In this document: positions 1 through 9,949 of the stretch, one piece after another
Position numbering within the stretch: position 1 is the stretch's first letter
Layout of the letters: each line of letters begins with the position of its first letter
Origin: Nitrospirota bacterium
Lineage (GTDB): Bacteria; Nitrospirota; Nitrospiria; Nitrospirales; Nitrospiraceae
Direction of reading: 5' to 3'
Length of the DNA stretch: 64,000 bases
Assembly: GCA_018971525.1 (NCBI GenBank)
Contig: JAGXAR010000013.1
Location: forward strand, 2,389 to 66,388
Program-made: the position numbers and the translations under genes
Notes under the pieces: model-generated
What the model saw: the letters and a program-made list of their open reading frames with translations, nothing else
What the model was told of the DNA's origin: nothing
Databases searched by the model: none

Positions 1-199
1 TACGGGATGTCACCGGTGCGATCAAACGACATATAAATAGGATCGTAAATATGACGTTCTGAGTACCCCCATATCCTGACCGAGACTTCGAGCGCGATCA
101 GGGTGATGAGTAGGACACATGCGGCTCCAAGAAGCTTCCGGAGTGGCTTCCTGGTCATGGAGGCTCTCTCCACTAATGTGGCCGAGTCCTGTGGGGTGG

Positions 200-1096
200 T
201 CATACCACTCTTCCCCTTGCGCGCTCCCAGAAAAAGCCAGCCGCATTGGCAACTTGCGTCACCACGAGCAACAGCATCACGATAAGAGCGTTGCAGCCCC
301 GTGCGCTGACAAACGGGTAGCGAAGCATATTGAAGTAAAACGCCGGAGGCTCCACCTTGACCCGATCCTGCCCCCGCCGGGCACGGACCTGACGAAAGCA
401 GAGCGCGCCCTGGCCATAGTGAAAGTGCTGGCGCAGAAACGTCCGAAACGTCAGATCATGCGCATGAAACACTATCGCCTCCGCCGCATAGATCATTCGA
501 TACCCATGGGACAACCAGCGGTCGCACAGTTCGCGATCCTCAGCGGCGGCCCGCGGGTAGGTCACATCGAAACCTCCGATGGCACGAAACCCCTTGGCCG
601 GGAACGCCAGATTGCTCGACGGGAAAAATCGCGCAGCGTGAGGAACGGCGTTGTAGTACGAGAACAGATAGGAGATCAGGAGTTGGCTCGCCGTGGAGTA
701 ACAATTGTGCGTGAGCGCGTTGAGCGTTTGTCCACCGACGGCACAATCAGGTGACGCGACAAATTGTGTTGAGAAGGCCTGCAACCAGTTGGGCGCGGGA
801 GCGCAGTCGTCATCCGTAAAAGCGAGAAATTCTCCTGCGGCCTCAGACGCTCCTCTATTGCGTGCTGCCGCTGGGCCGGTGTTCTCCTGCCGCAGGAGCT
901 TGAGCGTGAGCATTCCATGGAACCGAGCGACAAGTTCGTCCAATGGCGTGACTCCTCCGTCATCCACCACAATCACTTCAAAGCGGTCACGTGGATAATC
1001 GAGCCGAGCACAGGCCTGTAAGCAAACAACAAGCTGCTCTGGACGGTTGTAGGTCGGGATTACGATCGAGAAGTTCTGTGCATCAGTCATCTTCAT
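200..1096 (-). CDS. Glycosyltransferase family 2
   Basis: 298-aa ORF with ATG start. It carries FSIVIPTYNRPEQL...EVIVVDDGG and LAFTDDDCAP (DxD-type) motifs typical of GT-A/GT2 enzymes. Confidence 0.8.
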   Translation of the reverse strand: MKMTDAQNFSIVIPTYNRPEQLVVCLQACARLDYPRDRFEVIVVDDGGVTPLDELVARFHGMLTLKLLRQENTGPAAARNRGASEAAGEFLAFTDDDCAPAPNWLQAFSTQFVASPDCAVGGQTLNALTHNCYSTASQLLISYLFSYYNAVPHAARFFPSSNLAFPAKGFRAIGGFDVTYPRAAAEDRELCDRWLSHGYRMIYAAEAIVFHAHDLTFRTFLRQHFHYGQGALCFRQVRARRGQDRVKVEPPAFYFNMLRYPFVSARGCNALIVMLLLVVTQVANAAGFFWERARGRVV

Positions 1097-1118
1097 GACG
1101 TTTCAGGGGGCGTTGAAT

Positions 1119-2144
1119 TCACACGCCCGATTGCACGAGTGCCTGTTGCTGCGCCCGCACTGATAAGAGGTCAAGTATCCGGCTTACCGATCGCTCCATG
1201 GTTACATCCTGGGTGATCAGTCGGTGAGCCCTTTCGCCGATTGAAGCACGCTCCTCATCATGAGCCAGGTAGTACCGAATCTTTTCAGGCATCTCGTCTA
1301 TCGAAACGCTGATAAAATGCCGTCCTGGCACAAAAGGGTCCGGACGGTAGATCGGTTCGGATATGACCAGCGCCTTGTTCGCCATCCCCAGGATCAAGCG
1401 GAGATCAGGAAATTCCCCGGGTGTTCTGGCCAGGTTGAGCAGTATCTTCGTCCGGTTCAGCAATTCCGTCCGATGTTCTCCCCAACAACTCGGATCAACA
1501 TAACTTCCCACCGCGTGTATCCGGATCCCATTCTTACGCAGACTCCGCAAGAGTCGATTCCGGCGGGGAACATCCTGGGCACCGAGAAAGAGCACGTCGA
1601 TATCCCTGGGCAATCCTAAATCGTGACCACATGAAGGCTCGTATCCTAGCGGGACCCAGTCAGCCACAATTCCTCGCTCAGACAGGAACCCACAGCGCCC
1701 CATTGTAGCGGCCACAAGGACATCTGGAAGCCCTTTCTTCACCCAACGGCGCAACACAAGATAGTTCGTATAAACATCCGTCGCTCCGGAATCCCGCAGG
1801 ATGAACTTCGCAACTTCCCACCAGTTCAGCCGCGGCCATGGCAAACAGGCAGCCCTGGGAGGCGGCAGAGGCTCCGTGTGCCACAGCACGACCAGAGGCC
1901 GTTGCGCTCGAGGCATGGCCGTGAGTTGTGTATAAAGACCCGGATACCAGTTCGTGTTTCCCCAGATCCACACCACACTGTCCGCGGTAAGATCCACCGG
2001 GCCGTCTTTGACCTGCCGCACGTAATGTCCGGCCTTCTCGAGGATCGACGCCACCACGTGGCGTGTCCCCCAATTCGCAGCAAAACCTCGATAGCAGAAC
2101 GTGATCGCCGGCTTCTGGCCGGCCGGTTGATCCGGAAAAATCAT
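1119..2144 (-). CDS. Glycosyltransferase-like protein (GT1/CgeB-type C-terminal domain)
   Basis: 341-aa ORF with ATG start. The C-terminal ILLNLARTP...MANKALVISEP...YYLAHDEER pattern resembles CgeB/GT1-like domains. Assigned by eye only. Confidence 0.45.
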   Translation of the reverse strand: MIFPDQPAGQKPAITFCYRGFAANWGTRHVVASILEKAGHYVRQVKDGPVDLTADSVVWIWGNTNWYPGLYTQLTAMPRAQRPLVVLWHTEPLPPPRAACLPWPRLNWWEVAKFILRDSGATDVYTNYLVLRRWVKKGLPDVLVAATMGRCGFLSERGIVADWVPLGYEPSCGHDLGLPRDIDVLFLGAQDVPRRNRLLRSLRKNGIRIHAVGSYVDPSCWGEHRTELLNRTKILLNLARTPGEFPDLRLILGMANKALVISEPIYRPDPFVPGRHFISVSIDEMPEKIRYYLAHDEERASIGERAHRLITQDVTMERSVSRILDLLSVRAQQQALVQSGV

Positions 2145-2239
2145 AGGTCTTGTTCGCGCTTCACAGCCGCGTCGCTCCGAGATGACAATCTGTGCGTAGC
2201 GTGGATTTTGATTGAACCGTCGCTTCTATGCTCTAAGAA

Positions 2240-3250
2240 TCATGAGACAGCATTTTTCACACACGCATTGCCGACTCGCTGCTGTTTCTCGGATGCTGTC
2301 AGGAATTCGCAGCGATTCAGTTCGCAAGGGACGCGCTGCCAGGCGGCGTCTCCCGCTCCAAGAGCGTACCCGGAAATCTCTCCTAGACAGTGCGCCACCA
2401 AGGCCGTCAGCATGCTCGGCAGGATCTGAGGAAAGAGATTGTCAAACTGACCAGCCCTTCGCACCTCCTGCAAGGTGCGTCGCAGACGCAGGACCGGGAT
2501 CAGAGGGCTCCCAAGGATGTAGAGGAGCCGTCGGGCCATCGACCATTTATTGTGGCGCACGCGTGCTGCCCCGAACAATCGTCCACCCACAAACTCACAT
2601 CGTATGAGAGAAAAAATGCTGGACACATTCACATGGTTCGACTTCGCCGCTGGCTCGAAATACAGCTGGTACCCCCTGTCTTGGAGGGCTTGATGGAGAA
2701 ATCCTTCTGTTTCTAAAAAGCTTTGGAGCTGTTCTGTCTCATACCCTGAAAGAAGCTCACGCTTGTAACTGCCATGATGCCACGCCAAGTGCGATGTTAC
2801 GCCCCCTAACGCCGGGTCCACTGACGGGCCAAAGTCGGTAAAGAGATTGGCCCAGCTGATGATGGTGCCAGGATTTGCATTGACGATAGCCGCGCCGACC
2901 GCTCCCCACGGCTTCTTGTGTGCCAGCAACAGCGCCTCGGCCCAAGTCGGGAAAGGGTAAGAGTGTTCCTCCGCGTACGCGACCACAGGAGCTTGCGCCC
3001 GTTGAAAACCAGCCGCGATTGCTCCTCCGGTAGACCGAATCGGCCCAACCTCAACAATCTGAAAGCTGAGAAACTCTTGGAGGTCTGCCTGGTCAGGATT
3101 AAGCCCCTCTCTCGACGGGGCGACGATGACAATCTCTAATCGATGTTTTGCCGTCTGCGCTCTCAGCGCAGCTATCGTGAGACGAATTCGCTCATAGCTA
3201 TCGAGGGAAACCACTACCACTGACATTTCTGGCGAGGTGGCCTGTGTCAT
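2240..3250 (-). CDS. GT2-like glycosyltransferase
   Basis: 336-aa ORF whose ATG is preceded by GGAGGA. N-terminal MSVVVVSLDSYERI...LEIVIVAPS and YAEEHSYP resemble the GT2 nucleotide-sugar binding half. Confidence 0.55.
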   Translation of the reverse strand: MTQATSPEMSVVVVSLDSYERIRLTIAALRAQTAKHRLEIVIVAPSREGLNPDQADLQEFLSFQIVEVGPIRSTGGAIAAGFQRAQAPVVAYAEEHSYPFPTWAEALLLAHKKPWGAVGAAIVNANPGTIISWANLFTDFGPSVDPALGGVTSHLAWHHGSYKRELLSGYETEQLQSFLETEGFLHQALQDRGYQLYFEPAAKSNHVNVSSIFSLIRCEFVGGRLFGAARVRHNKWSMARRLLYILGSPLIPVLRLRRTLQEVRRAGQFDNLFPQILPSMLTALVAHCLGEISGYALGAGDAAWQRVPCELNRCEFLTASEKQQRVGNACVKNAVS

Positions 3251-3302
3251 GGGTTCCTCCTACGGTTTCAGCGCGGTCTTCGTGCGCTTTTCTACGAATC
3301 CA

Positions 3303-4346
3303 TCACCGAGGCACCAGCGAAATTGACCGTCCTGCTTGGGCTGATTCTTCCGCTGCGCAAATCACTTCAAGACTGCGGTAGCCATCCCACAAGTCCGGCG
3401 AAGCCTTCTCGCCTCCACGAACAGCGGAGACGAATCTCGATAAAGCCACGCGATAGGATGGCTCATGCCAAGGCGACTGCAATTTCTTGAATAAGTACGG
3501 AACACTGCTGAGGGATCTCAGCCGCCGGGTTACGCGACGGAGGCGTGAGGGTGTCCCTCCTGCGTCAGCGACCTCCACATCCAATGAACGATACCGGTCC
3601 ACCGTGAGTTTGCCTGCTTGCCCATAGATCTCGAAGCGATCTTCGTCCACCGCGCAGAGCGAGAAATACGACTGGACCCGCAACCCATCCGCAAGCCGGA
3701 GGTGCAGCGTCGCGGTATCGTGCTCTGTGGATCGCGACTCGATGTCGGCGCAGACCGTCCGGACATCCTGTTGGAAGAGGAACCGGACGAGGTCGATATG
3801 ATGAGAGGCGAGGTCGAGCATGACCCCACCCCCATTCGAGCGAGTCTGTTTCCAGACCGACATGGACCGCGTGGGGGCAGAAAACACTGAACGCACGCCG
3901 ACCAGCGGTCCGATCCTCCTTGCCTGGAGTTGCATGCGTGCAGCTTGGTACAGGGCATTGAAGCGATAATTGAAACCGACCATTCCAACGACTTCCGCTT
4001 CCTTCCATGCCTTCATGATCTTCTCGGCTTCGTCTAAGCCCGTTGCGATCGGTTTTTCGAGGTAGACGTGTTTCCCCAGTTGCATTGCTGCGATCGCCAC
4101 TTCAGCATGGAGTGCAGTCGGCACGCTCACGATGACCGCGTCAAGGTCTCGCATTTTCAGCAAGTCGCGATAATCGGCATAGACCACGGCCGCCGGGACA
4201 CGACGACCGGCTTCTTGACGCCGACTGGGATCAGGCTCCGCGAGCGCAGTGAGTTCCGCCCCCGGCAAACGTCTCAGGATCGGGAGGTGAACTGCCTGCG
4301 CAAACCAGCCGCAGCCGATGACACCAACTCTAAGGAGCTTCCGCAT
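3303..4346 (-). CDS. Gfo/Idh/MocA family NAD(P)-dependent oxidoreductase
   Basis: LRVGVIGCGWFAQAVHLPIL Rossmann start and an EKP motif (YLEKPIA). The ORF-track start 4355 is GTG; start reset to ATG 4346, which is preceded by GAGGAG. Confidence 0.8.
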   Translation of the reverse strand: MRKLLRVGVIGCGWFAQAVHLPILRRLPGAELTALAEPDPSRRQEAGRRVPAAVVYADYRDLLKMRDLDAVIVSVPTALHAEVAIAAMQLGKHVYLEKPIATGLDEAEKIMKAWKEAEVVGMVGFNYRFNALYQAARMQLQARRIGPLVGVRSVFSAPTRSMSVWKQTRSNGGGVMLDLASHHIDLVRFLFQQDVRTVCADIESRSTEHDTATLHLRLADGLRVQSYFSLCAVDEDRFEIYGQAGKLTVDRYRSLDVEVADAGGTPSRLRRVTRRLRSLSSVPYLFKKLQSPWHEPSYRVALSRFVSAVRGGEKASPDLWDGYRSLEVICAAEESAQAGRSISLVPR

Positions 4347-4362
4347 ATATCGCACGACTCCT

Positions 4363-5313
4363 CTATGCTAACTGCCTTGGGCTGTTGCCCGGTCCGAATA
4401 TATAGCCGACGAACTCGCCTGCTGCGTGGCAGGTCACCACCAGCACAGTAAGGGGCAAGCTGGCCAACGCGGGCTTAAGCAGTCGCTTCTTACGGATCAC
4501 GGGGCCTTGAGTGACCCACATTAGATAGACCGGCAGAACGGCGCAGCCTCCGAGTCGAATCAGTCGCTCGATCCATGAAATTCGTTGAAGTCGAAATCCA
4601 GCAATTGATCGGCCATTATGGAAATGGGCCGCAAATGTCCCCCAGAATCCCCACGTCTGGTTATGCGAGACAATCAACTGATCGTCCGCAATAAGGGTCT
4701 CCCCTTGATCGCGTAATCTGCGATTGAACAAGAATTCCATCACGCCGAGTTCGGACATCTTCTGTGGGACAACCCGCCGTTTGTACGAAACGTTGGCCTG
4801 CAAAGAAATGGCTCGCTGTGTACCGTTCTCAATCGGTGCGGTGAATGGCCCGAATACGATCAAGAAATTCGACCAATCGATGAGTCGTGTGGTCGCGCCG
4901 TTTTCGACTACCCCGCCGATCGCTGCGGCTTCGGGGTGATCTCGATGCACCTTCAATATTCGTTCACACCACCCGGGCGTAACCGTGCAATGGTCCTCCG
5001 TCACTGCCACTACGTCGCCAACTGCTTTGGTCATCGCGAGTTCGCGCAAGAAGAACACCGACCCACCGGGCCATCTGATCCACGTCACTTCCGGATAGCG
5101 CTCAGCCACATCAGGCGGTAACCCCTGACCATGTCCATCGCCCACCAATACTTCAGCCCCCACAGCTTGGGCTTGCTTGTGCAGCGACTCGAGACAGGGT
5201 TCGATTTCCGGCCAGGCCTTTGTTGTCGCAATGACGACGGACAGGGGAACTGTGACAACATCATCCCGCCATTTCGCCCTCGTACCGGTCGTTGGTTCAT
5301 TCGCATTACTCAT
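4363..5313 (-). CDS. Glycosyltransferase family 2
   Basis: LSVVIATTKAWPEIEPCL...VLVGDGHG and VAVTEDHC motifs. ATGA start/stop overlap with the upstream GT4 gene. Confidence 0.65.
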   Translation of the reverse strand: MSNANEPTTGTRAKWRDDVVTVPLSVVIATTKAWPEIEPCLESLHKQAQAVGAEVLVGDGHGQGLPPDVAERYPEVTWIRWPGGSVFFLRELAMTKAVGDVVAVTEDHCTVTPGWCERILKVHRDHPEAAAIGGVVENGATTRLIDWSNFLIVFGPFTAPIENGTQRAISLQANVSYKRRVVPQKMSELGVMEFLFNRRLRDQGETLIADDQLIVSHNQTWGFWGTFAAHFHNGRSIAGFRLQRISWIERLIRLGGCAVLPVYLMWVTQGPVIRKKRLLKPALASLPLTVLVVTCHAAGEFVGYIFGPGNSPRQLA

Positions 5314-6464
5314 CCGTTGCCTCGTCGGCGTTCAATCTCCATGGCCGCTTGATAGCTTTTCAACGTCTCCCTCGCGGTATGATCCCATCGATAGTGACTG
5401 GCCTGCTCCAATCCCTGCGTCCGCCTTTTGGCCCGAAGCACATCGTCTGTCAGCAGACGTCGCATCGCATCGCCCAGCGCCGCGATGTCGTCCGGTGCGA
5501 CGAGTTCAGCGGCTCTCTCAAGGTTCTCAACCAACGATGAGGACAATGTGCTGATCACCGGCACCCCGCACGCCATGGCTTCGAGCGGAGGGAACCCGAA
5601 CCCCTCATGCAGAGAAGGATAGACGAAAAGTCTGGCACCCGCATAGACAGCGGGAAGATCCTTCTGATCCACATAGCCGGCGAGGTGCACCTTCCCGCGC
5701 AAAGCCGGCGCACGCAACTGCTTCAGCAGTGCCTCACACCCCCAACCCAGTTTGCCGGCAAGCACGAGATGCTCTTTGATGGCTCCTGCCTCTACAAGCC
5801 GTCGATAACTTTCGACCAAAACCGGAAGGTTCTTTCTCGGCTCGAGTGTTCCGACATACAGGATGTAGGGCTGTGGGAGCCTCAGTCGCGTTACGATCTC
5901 CTGGACAGACGCGGGATCACACAGTCGAAACTCTTCGCCTATTCCCGGCACAGTCACATGAATGCGATCCGGTTGAAGATCAGGGAGAAACTCCAGGATT
6001 GCTTGTCGTGTGGCCTGCGAGGGGACAAGCACCACATCCGTTCGACGAAGGCTCGTCAGCACCATCCGCCGATACAGGAGGCTTCGACGCAATGCAATGT
6101 GACAATGGGGATGCGAGAACGACGTCATGTCATGGACCGTCAACAGGTGTCGCGCCGACCCTCGTATGTAGGGCATGATGAACGATGGGGAGTGCACAAC
6201 GTCCGCCTTCCAGCCGGAGGAAGCGATAGGCAACATGACCTGCTGAGAGAATAACCGGAACGGTCTCGGTCGTGCACTGAGGGAGGTGCGTGAAAAATTC
6301 CCGGGAAGATTGTCGTCAAAGAACCGGCGATCTTCATGGTTATGGTAGATCATGTACTGATTGTTTTGATCAACCTTCGCGAGGTGCAACACCAGCTGTT
6401 TCAGGTATGTGTCAACCCCCGTCATCTGGGGAATGAACGCCGTGAAATCGATCGCGATTCTCAC
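5310..6464 (-). CDS. Glycosyltransferase family 4 (GT1-fold, group 1)
   Basis: EGFGFPPLEAMACGVPVIST signature. GTG start giving MRIAIDF. Confidence 0.85.
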   Translation of the reverse strand: MRIAIDFTAFIPQMTGVDTYLKQLVLHLAKVDQNNQYMIYHNHEDRRFFDDNLPGNFSRTSLSARPRPFRLFSQQVMLPIASSGWKADVVHSPSFIMPYIRGSARHLLTVHDMTSFSHPHCHIALRRSLLYRRMVLTSLRRTDVVLVPSQATRQAILEFLPDLQPDRIHVTVPGIGEEFRLCDPASVQEIVTRLRLPQPYILYVGTLEPRKNLPVLVESYRRLVEAGAIKEHLVLAGKLGWGCEALLKQLRAPALRGKVHLAGYVDQKDLPAVYAGARLFVYPSLHEGFGFPPLEAMACGVPVISTLSSSLVENLERAAELVAPDDIAALGDAMRRLLTDDVLRAKRRTQGLEQASHYRWDHTARETLKSYQAAMEIERRRGNG

Positions 6465-6486
6465 CTGTCAACCTGCCTCGTTATGC

Positions 6487-7422
6487 TTAACGGTACTGTG
6501 TTCCCAAGATGGCCTTCCTGCGAAACGCCTGCCACATGCCGGGAATTTCCATCACATGAACCGCGACGGAACAGAGCAGAGCCAGCGGGATTTGGAACCA
6601 CTTCACCCCGAAGGCGCTGGCACAGCGGACACAATCACGCCAGCTATCGAGGATTTTCCCTCCCACAAACACGGGAATGGAGGCCACGCCCAAGTGAGTC
6701 AGCCAGGCCTGCGGCATGAACGGATCGTGAAGTCGCGCAATGACCGTTCCATATCCGGTATTACGCCGAATGTCCGACTCCATCGGCCACCCTTCAAAGT
6801 CATGTACCACCCGTATGGAGGGATCGAACCACAACTGATACCCAGCGCGCATGATGCGCTCCGACTGCATGCGTCCTGCGAAAGGCCCGAGCCCGGTGGG
6901 CAAAATATTCTCAAGGTACACATCACGCCGCCATATCGAGTTATTATTTGAAATAAACCGCGTCGGGCCGGATTCCCCTCGGTCGACGTACGATCGACTC
7001 AGGAGCGACAAGATCCGTTCTGTCAGCCCAGCGGCCGGATAGACTGTTCTCCCACTGATGACAGCAACCTCCGGCATCGCTTTCATGGCAGCCACCGCGT
7101 TTCCTAGCCAGTCTGGAGCAGGCACGCAATCGGCGTCCAACATTGCGACAATGTTCGAGGTGGCCGCTCGAAACCCCGCATTCTTCAGTTCGTACGATCC
7201 CCTCTCGTCAGAGAGCACCAGCTTTAAGTTCGGAAGCATTCGACGGATGTCTTCCGGCATCGACCGCGCGGACGCCTTATTTTCACAAAGAAGCCATTCA
7301 GCACTTACCGTCCCACCCTGCTGAGCGAGTGCCGTCAGGGTACTTCGCAAATCCTTCCAAGACTTTTCTCCCCCACCTGCATAGTCAGACACAATGACCA
7401 CGCTTATCTCCGGCTGATTCAT
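6487..7422 (-). CDS. Glycosyltransferase family 2
   Basis: ISVVIVSDYAGG and VAMLDADCVPAPDWL motifs. Start reset to ATG 7422 (preceded by AAGAGG); the ORF-track ATG 7467 has no Shine-Dalgarno (SD) sequence. Confidence 0.7.
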   Translation of the reverse strand: MNQPEISVVIVSDYAGGGEKSWKDLRSTLTALAQQGGTVSAEWLLCENKASARSMPEDIRRMLPNLKLVLSDERGSYELKNAGFRAATSNIVAMLDADCVPAPDWLGNAVAAMKAMPEVAVISGRTVYPAAGLTERILSLLSRSYVDRGESGPTRFISNNNSIWRRDVYLENILPTGLGPFAGRMQSERIMRAGYQLWFDPSIRVVHDFEGWPMESDIRRNTGYGTVIARLHDPFMPQAWLTHLGVASIPVFVGGKILDSWRDCVRCASAFGVKWFQIPLALLCSVAVHVMEIPGMWQAFRRKAILGTQYR

Positions 7423-7518
7423 GAGTGAACCTCTTTTGGTCACAGTGCTCCCGCCTTCATCAGACATGATCCCGTGCGAATGGTCTCCCCTTGCTTGCCT
7501 GCAATGCTCCGAATCAAC

Positions 7519-7896
7519 CTACTCCGACGCACACGATATTGGACCAATGGGGCGCTCCCGATGTAAGCGAATGTGTGGTTTATCGCAGCACCTGCAAGCA
7601 AAAGCCAGTCTCCCAAATGGCTCCAGTCTCCTAACCGCACCGCAGCTGAGGATGCGGGTCAATGAGACCCCTCGCGCGCGAGCCGCACCTTCCCCAATGT
7701 CGTCCTGTCGGATCGACGGAATGCGGGGATCGCGATAGACCGCCAACCGACTCGGGGTCTCATCGGTCGACCCATCGTCCACGATTACGCGTTCCCACTG
7801 CGAAGTCGTCCGCGCGCCCACACGCTCGATCGCGTCGCCTATGAAGCGGCCGGCATTGTACGCGGGGATCACCTCCGCGATTGCAGGTGTATACAT
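7519..7896 (-). pseudogene. N-terminal fragment of a GT2 glycosyltransferase
   Basis: The 125-aa ORF begins like a GT2 (VIPAYNAGRFIGDAIERV...VIVDDGSTDET...YRDPRI...IRQ...GAARARG). It then degenerates before the DxD region. A GDWLLL-type piece appears in another frame (7440-7658). Confidence 0.55.
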
Positions 7897-7904
7897 GACG
7901 ACAC

Positions 7905-9422
7905 TCAGACGCGATGATATTGCGGAAGAAAATCGAGAATCGGTTTCCCGTCGATTCCAGAGGCCTCAACCCCCAAGCGTGCCGCCAACGTCGGAGCGAG
8001 ATCGACTATCGCCATGTCACCGTCGAGTGCGTGGGGCGCCAGATCCGCGCTCCTCGCTAAAACGAGGCCCTTCGGCCGGTGATCTCCCGTGCGGGGGTTG
8101 GGGGACTCTACCCGAATCTCACCGACGCGTTGTGAGCGAACGGCCGGGATGGGGGCTTCGTGGTTCCACTCGATCACGAGATCCGGAAACTGGTTCCGAA
8201 ACGGTCCTGCGAACAGCAGATCGCCGCGGAGAACGCGCGTCACCGCCGGCACCCCGGTCGCCGTGTTGACGAGTGAGAGGAGTTCTCGCTCGAGCCAATC
8301 GCACAATTCATGATAGGGCGCTCCAGGCTCCACGTGACCCTTCGGCTCACGTCCCCGGATGTTGAGCCGGACTCCGCCGCAGTTGTCAGTGGTGGGGACT
8401 GCAAAGAATCTCCGCGTTGCACGTTCACGCTCACGTGGACCATCGTAGAGCACATCTGCCATGCGCCGAAATGGTCTCCGGACCACACCAGGCAATTGGA
8501 GCCACATCTTTCGCACGGTTTCGATCGGCCCGGTGACTTTGGGGACGTCGATTCCATCCAGACGGCGCAAGACGGAATCAAGAGCTGCGGCCGCGTCGTA
8601 ACGCGGTCCCATGCCATGAGTCGCCAGAACCAGAAGAAACGCATCTTGACCCAACGCCTCAACTATCCGGCCCAAGCCGCGGTCGATGGCCTGGTACACG
8701 TCAAGCAGAGGGTCCTCCCCAAGGAGCGTGCGGAACGCAGTCTGGTATTGCGGATGTTTCGGATCGCGGGTGGCCCATAGCTGATGCCCTGCGCAATGGG
8801 CTTCGCTGAAATTGAGCACGAACAGATCCCAGGGGCCCCGTTCGAGCACCGCGAGCGCAAGGTCCGCGCGGCGTGTAGCCCGCTCGATCAAGCCGTCTTT
8901 GAGTCGGCGAAGCTCCTGCGGGCGCTGGCGAACAAGATCGCACACCCCCACAGGATCTTTGCCGGCCACCTGCTGAACCTCCAGCTCCAGAGAGGGAGGC
9001 CAACAGGTAAGCGGGCGCCTCACTACGTGCTCGCCCCAGAACGCTACCTGAAGCGTTCGCGAGGTGCATGCGAGCCGCGCATTGGGCACGTCGATCAGTG
9101 CAACACGGTGCCCCTGTTGCGCAACAGCGTTCCAGATAGAATCAACCGATAGATGTTCCGGCAGAAAACGCCGCAAGCCGTAGCTTCCGGAGTCGGGCTG
9201 CAAATAGCAGTAGTGATTATGCCGACCAGGCCAGACTCCCGTGTTGAAGCTGGGCCACAGGGTGCCGCTATAGATGATCTCGGGATTTCTCGTCGCAGAA
9301 GAGACGGACTCCTTGAGGAGTTTTCCAAAGTGCGGCAGCAGGCCCTGGTTCACCCATTGGCGGAGGAGGCTTTGCTCGGCCGAATCAAGCGTGATGCAAG
9401 CTACTCGCGCTGGTCCGGGCAT
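7905..9422 (-). CDS. Alkaline-phosphatase superfamily protein (nucleotide pyrophosphatase/phosphodiesterase-like), soluble
   Basis: 505-aa ORF with ATG start. LIDVPN, EAHCAGHQLW, LVLATHGMGP and TGDHRPKG patterns resemble type I phosphodiesterase/NPP family metal sites. Confidence 0.55.
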   Translation of the reverse strand: MPGPARVACITLDSAEQSLLRQWVNQGLLPHFGKLLKESVSSATRNPEIIYSGTLWPSFNTGVWPGRHNHYCYLQPDSGSYGLRRFLPEHLSVDSIWNAVAQQGHRVALIDVPNARLACTSRTLQVAFWGEHVVRRPLTCWPPSLELEVQQVAGKDPVGVCDLVRQRPQELRRLKDGLIERATRRADLALAVLERGPWDLFVLNFSEAHCAGHQLWATRDPKHPQYQTAFRTLLGEDPLLDVYQAIDRGLGRIVEALGQDAFLLVLATHGMGPRYDAAAALDSVLRRLDGIDVPKVTGPIETVRKMWLQLPGVVRRPFRRMADVLYDGPRERERATRRFFAVPTTDNCGGVRLNIRGREPKGHVEPGAPYHELCDWLERELLSLVNTATGVPAVTRVLRGDLLFAGPFRNQFPDLVIEWNHEAPIPAVRSQRVGEIRVESPNPRTGDHRPKGLVLARSADLAPHALDGDMAIVDLAPTLAARLGVEASGIDGKPILDFLPQYHRV

Positions 9423-9656
9423 GATTGGATCTCCTGTCGCTTACCTTTGGAACAACTCACGTCAATACTCATGCCTGACCCGAACGCGTTCACGCGCGCA
9501 CGCCAGGGAGCCGATCCTTCTCGACCGATACACCATAAGCGGTTCAGGGGACCACCGTCTACCCTACCAATGTAGAGGACCGGCGCCTTTCGACCCGTGG
9601 CGTTGCAGGGGAGTGAGGAAGCCCAGCACTCCCTAAAGGACTGCCAGACCCTAGTT

Positions 9657-9944
9657 TTAGGAGTGGGGCAAGGTGAGGGCTCTATGCCAAGTCCTCGTCA
9701 CACCGAATAAAGGATCCTGGCCAGGCTGCGTGAGGGTGATCCACCGAAGCACCTCTGAGAGGTCCTCATCTCGTCGAGGCCAGAGCGGGAGGTGCCAGTG
9801 ATTCGGCATAAGGCAATAGGCTGCGAAGCGTATCCAAGTCCGGTCGTGGGCCTCGGCCAGAATCTTTTCAACCGCTGCGTAGTCGGCGGGCTGCTCAAGC
9901 GGCGGGAGTCGACCGACTCGGCGGTTGAGCACATGATAGGGGCA
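9657..9944 (-). mobile_element. Truncated REP-associated tyrosine transposase / IS200-like (Y1) transposase remnant
   Basis: PYHVLNRR...FAAYCLMPNHWHLPLW...LSEVLRW matches the conserved core of Y1 transposase-like proteins. The homologous part starts right after the flippase stop with no start codon, and it ends before the catalytic Tyr region. Confidence 0.6.
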
Positions 9945-9949
9945 AGATA

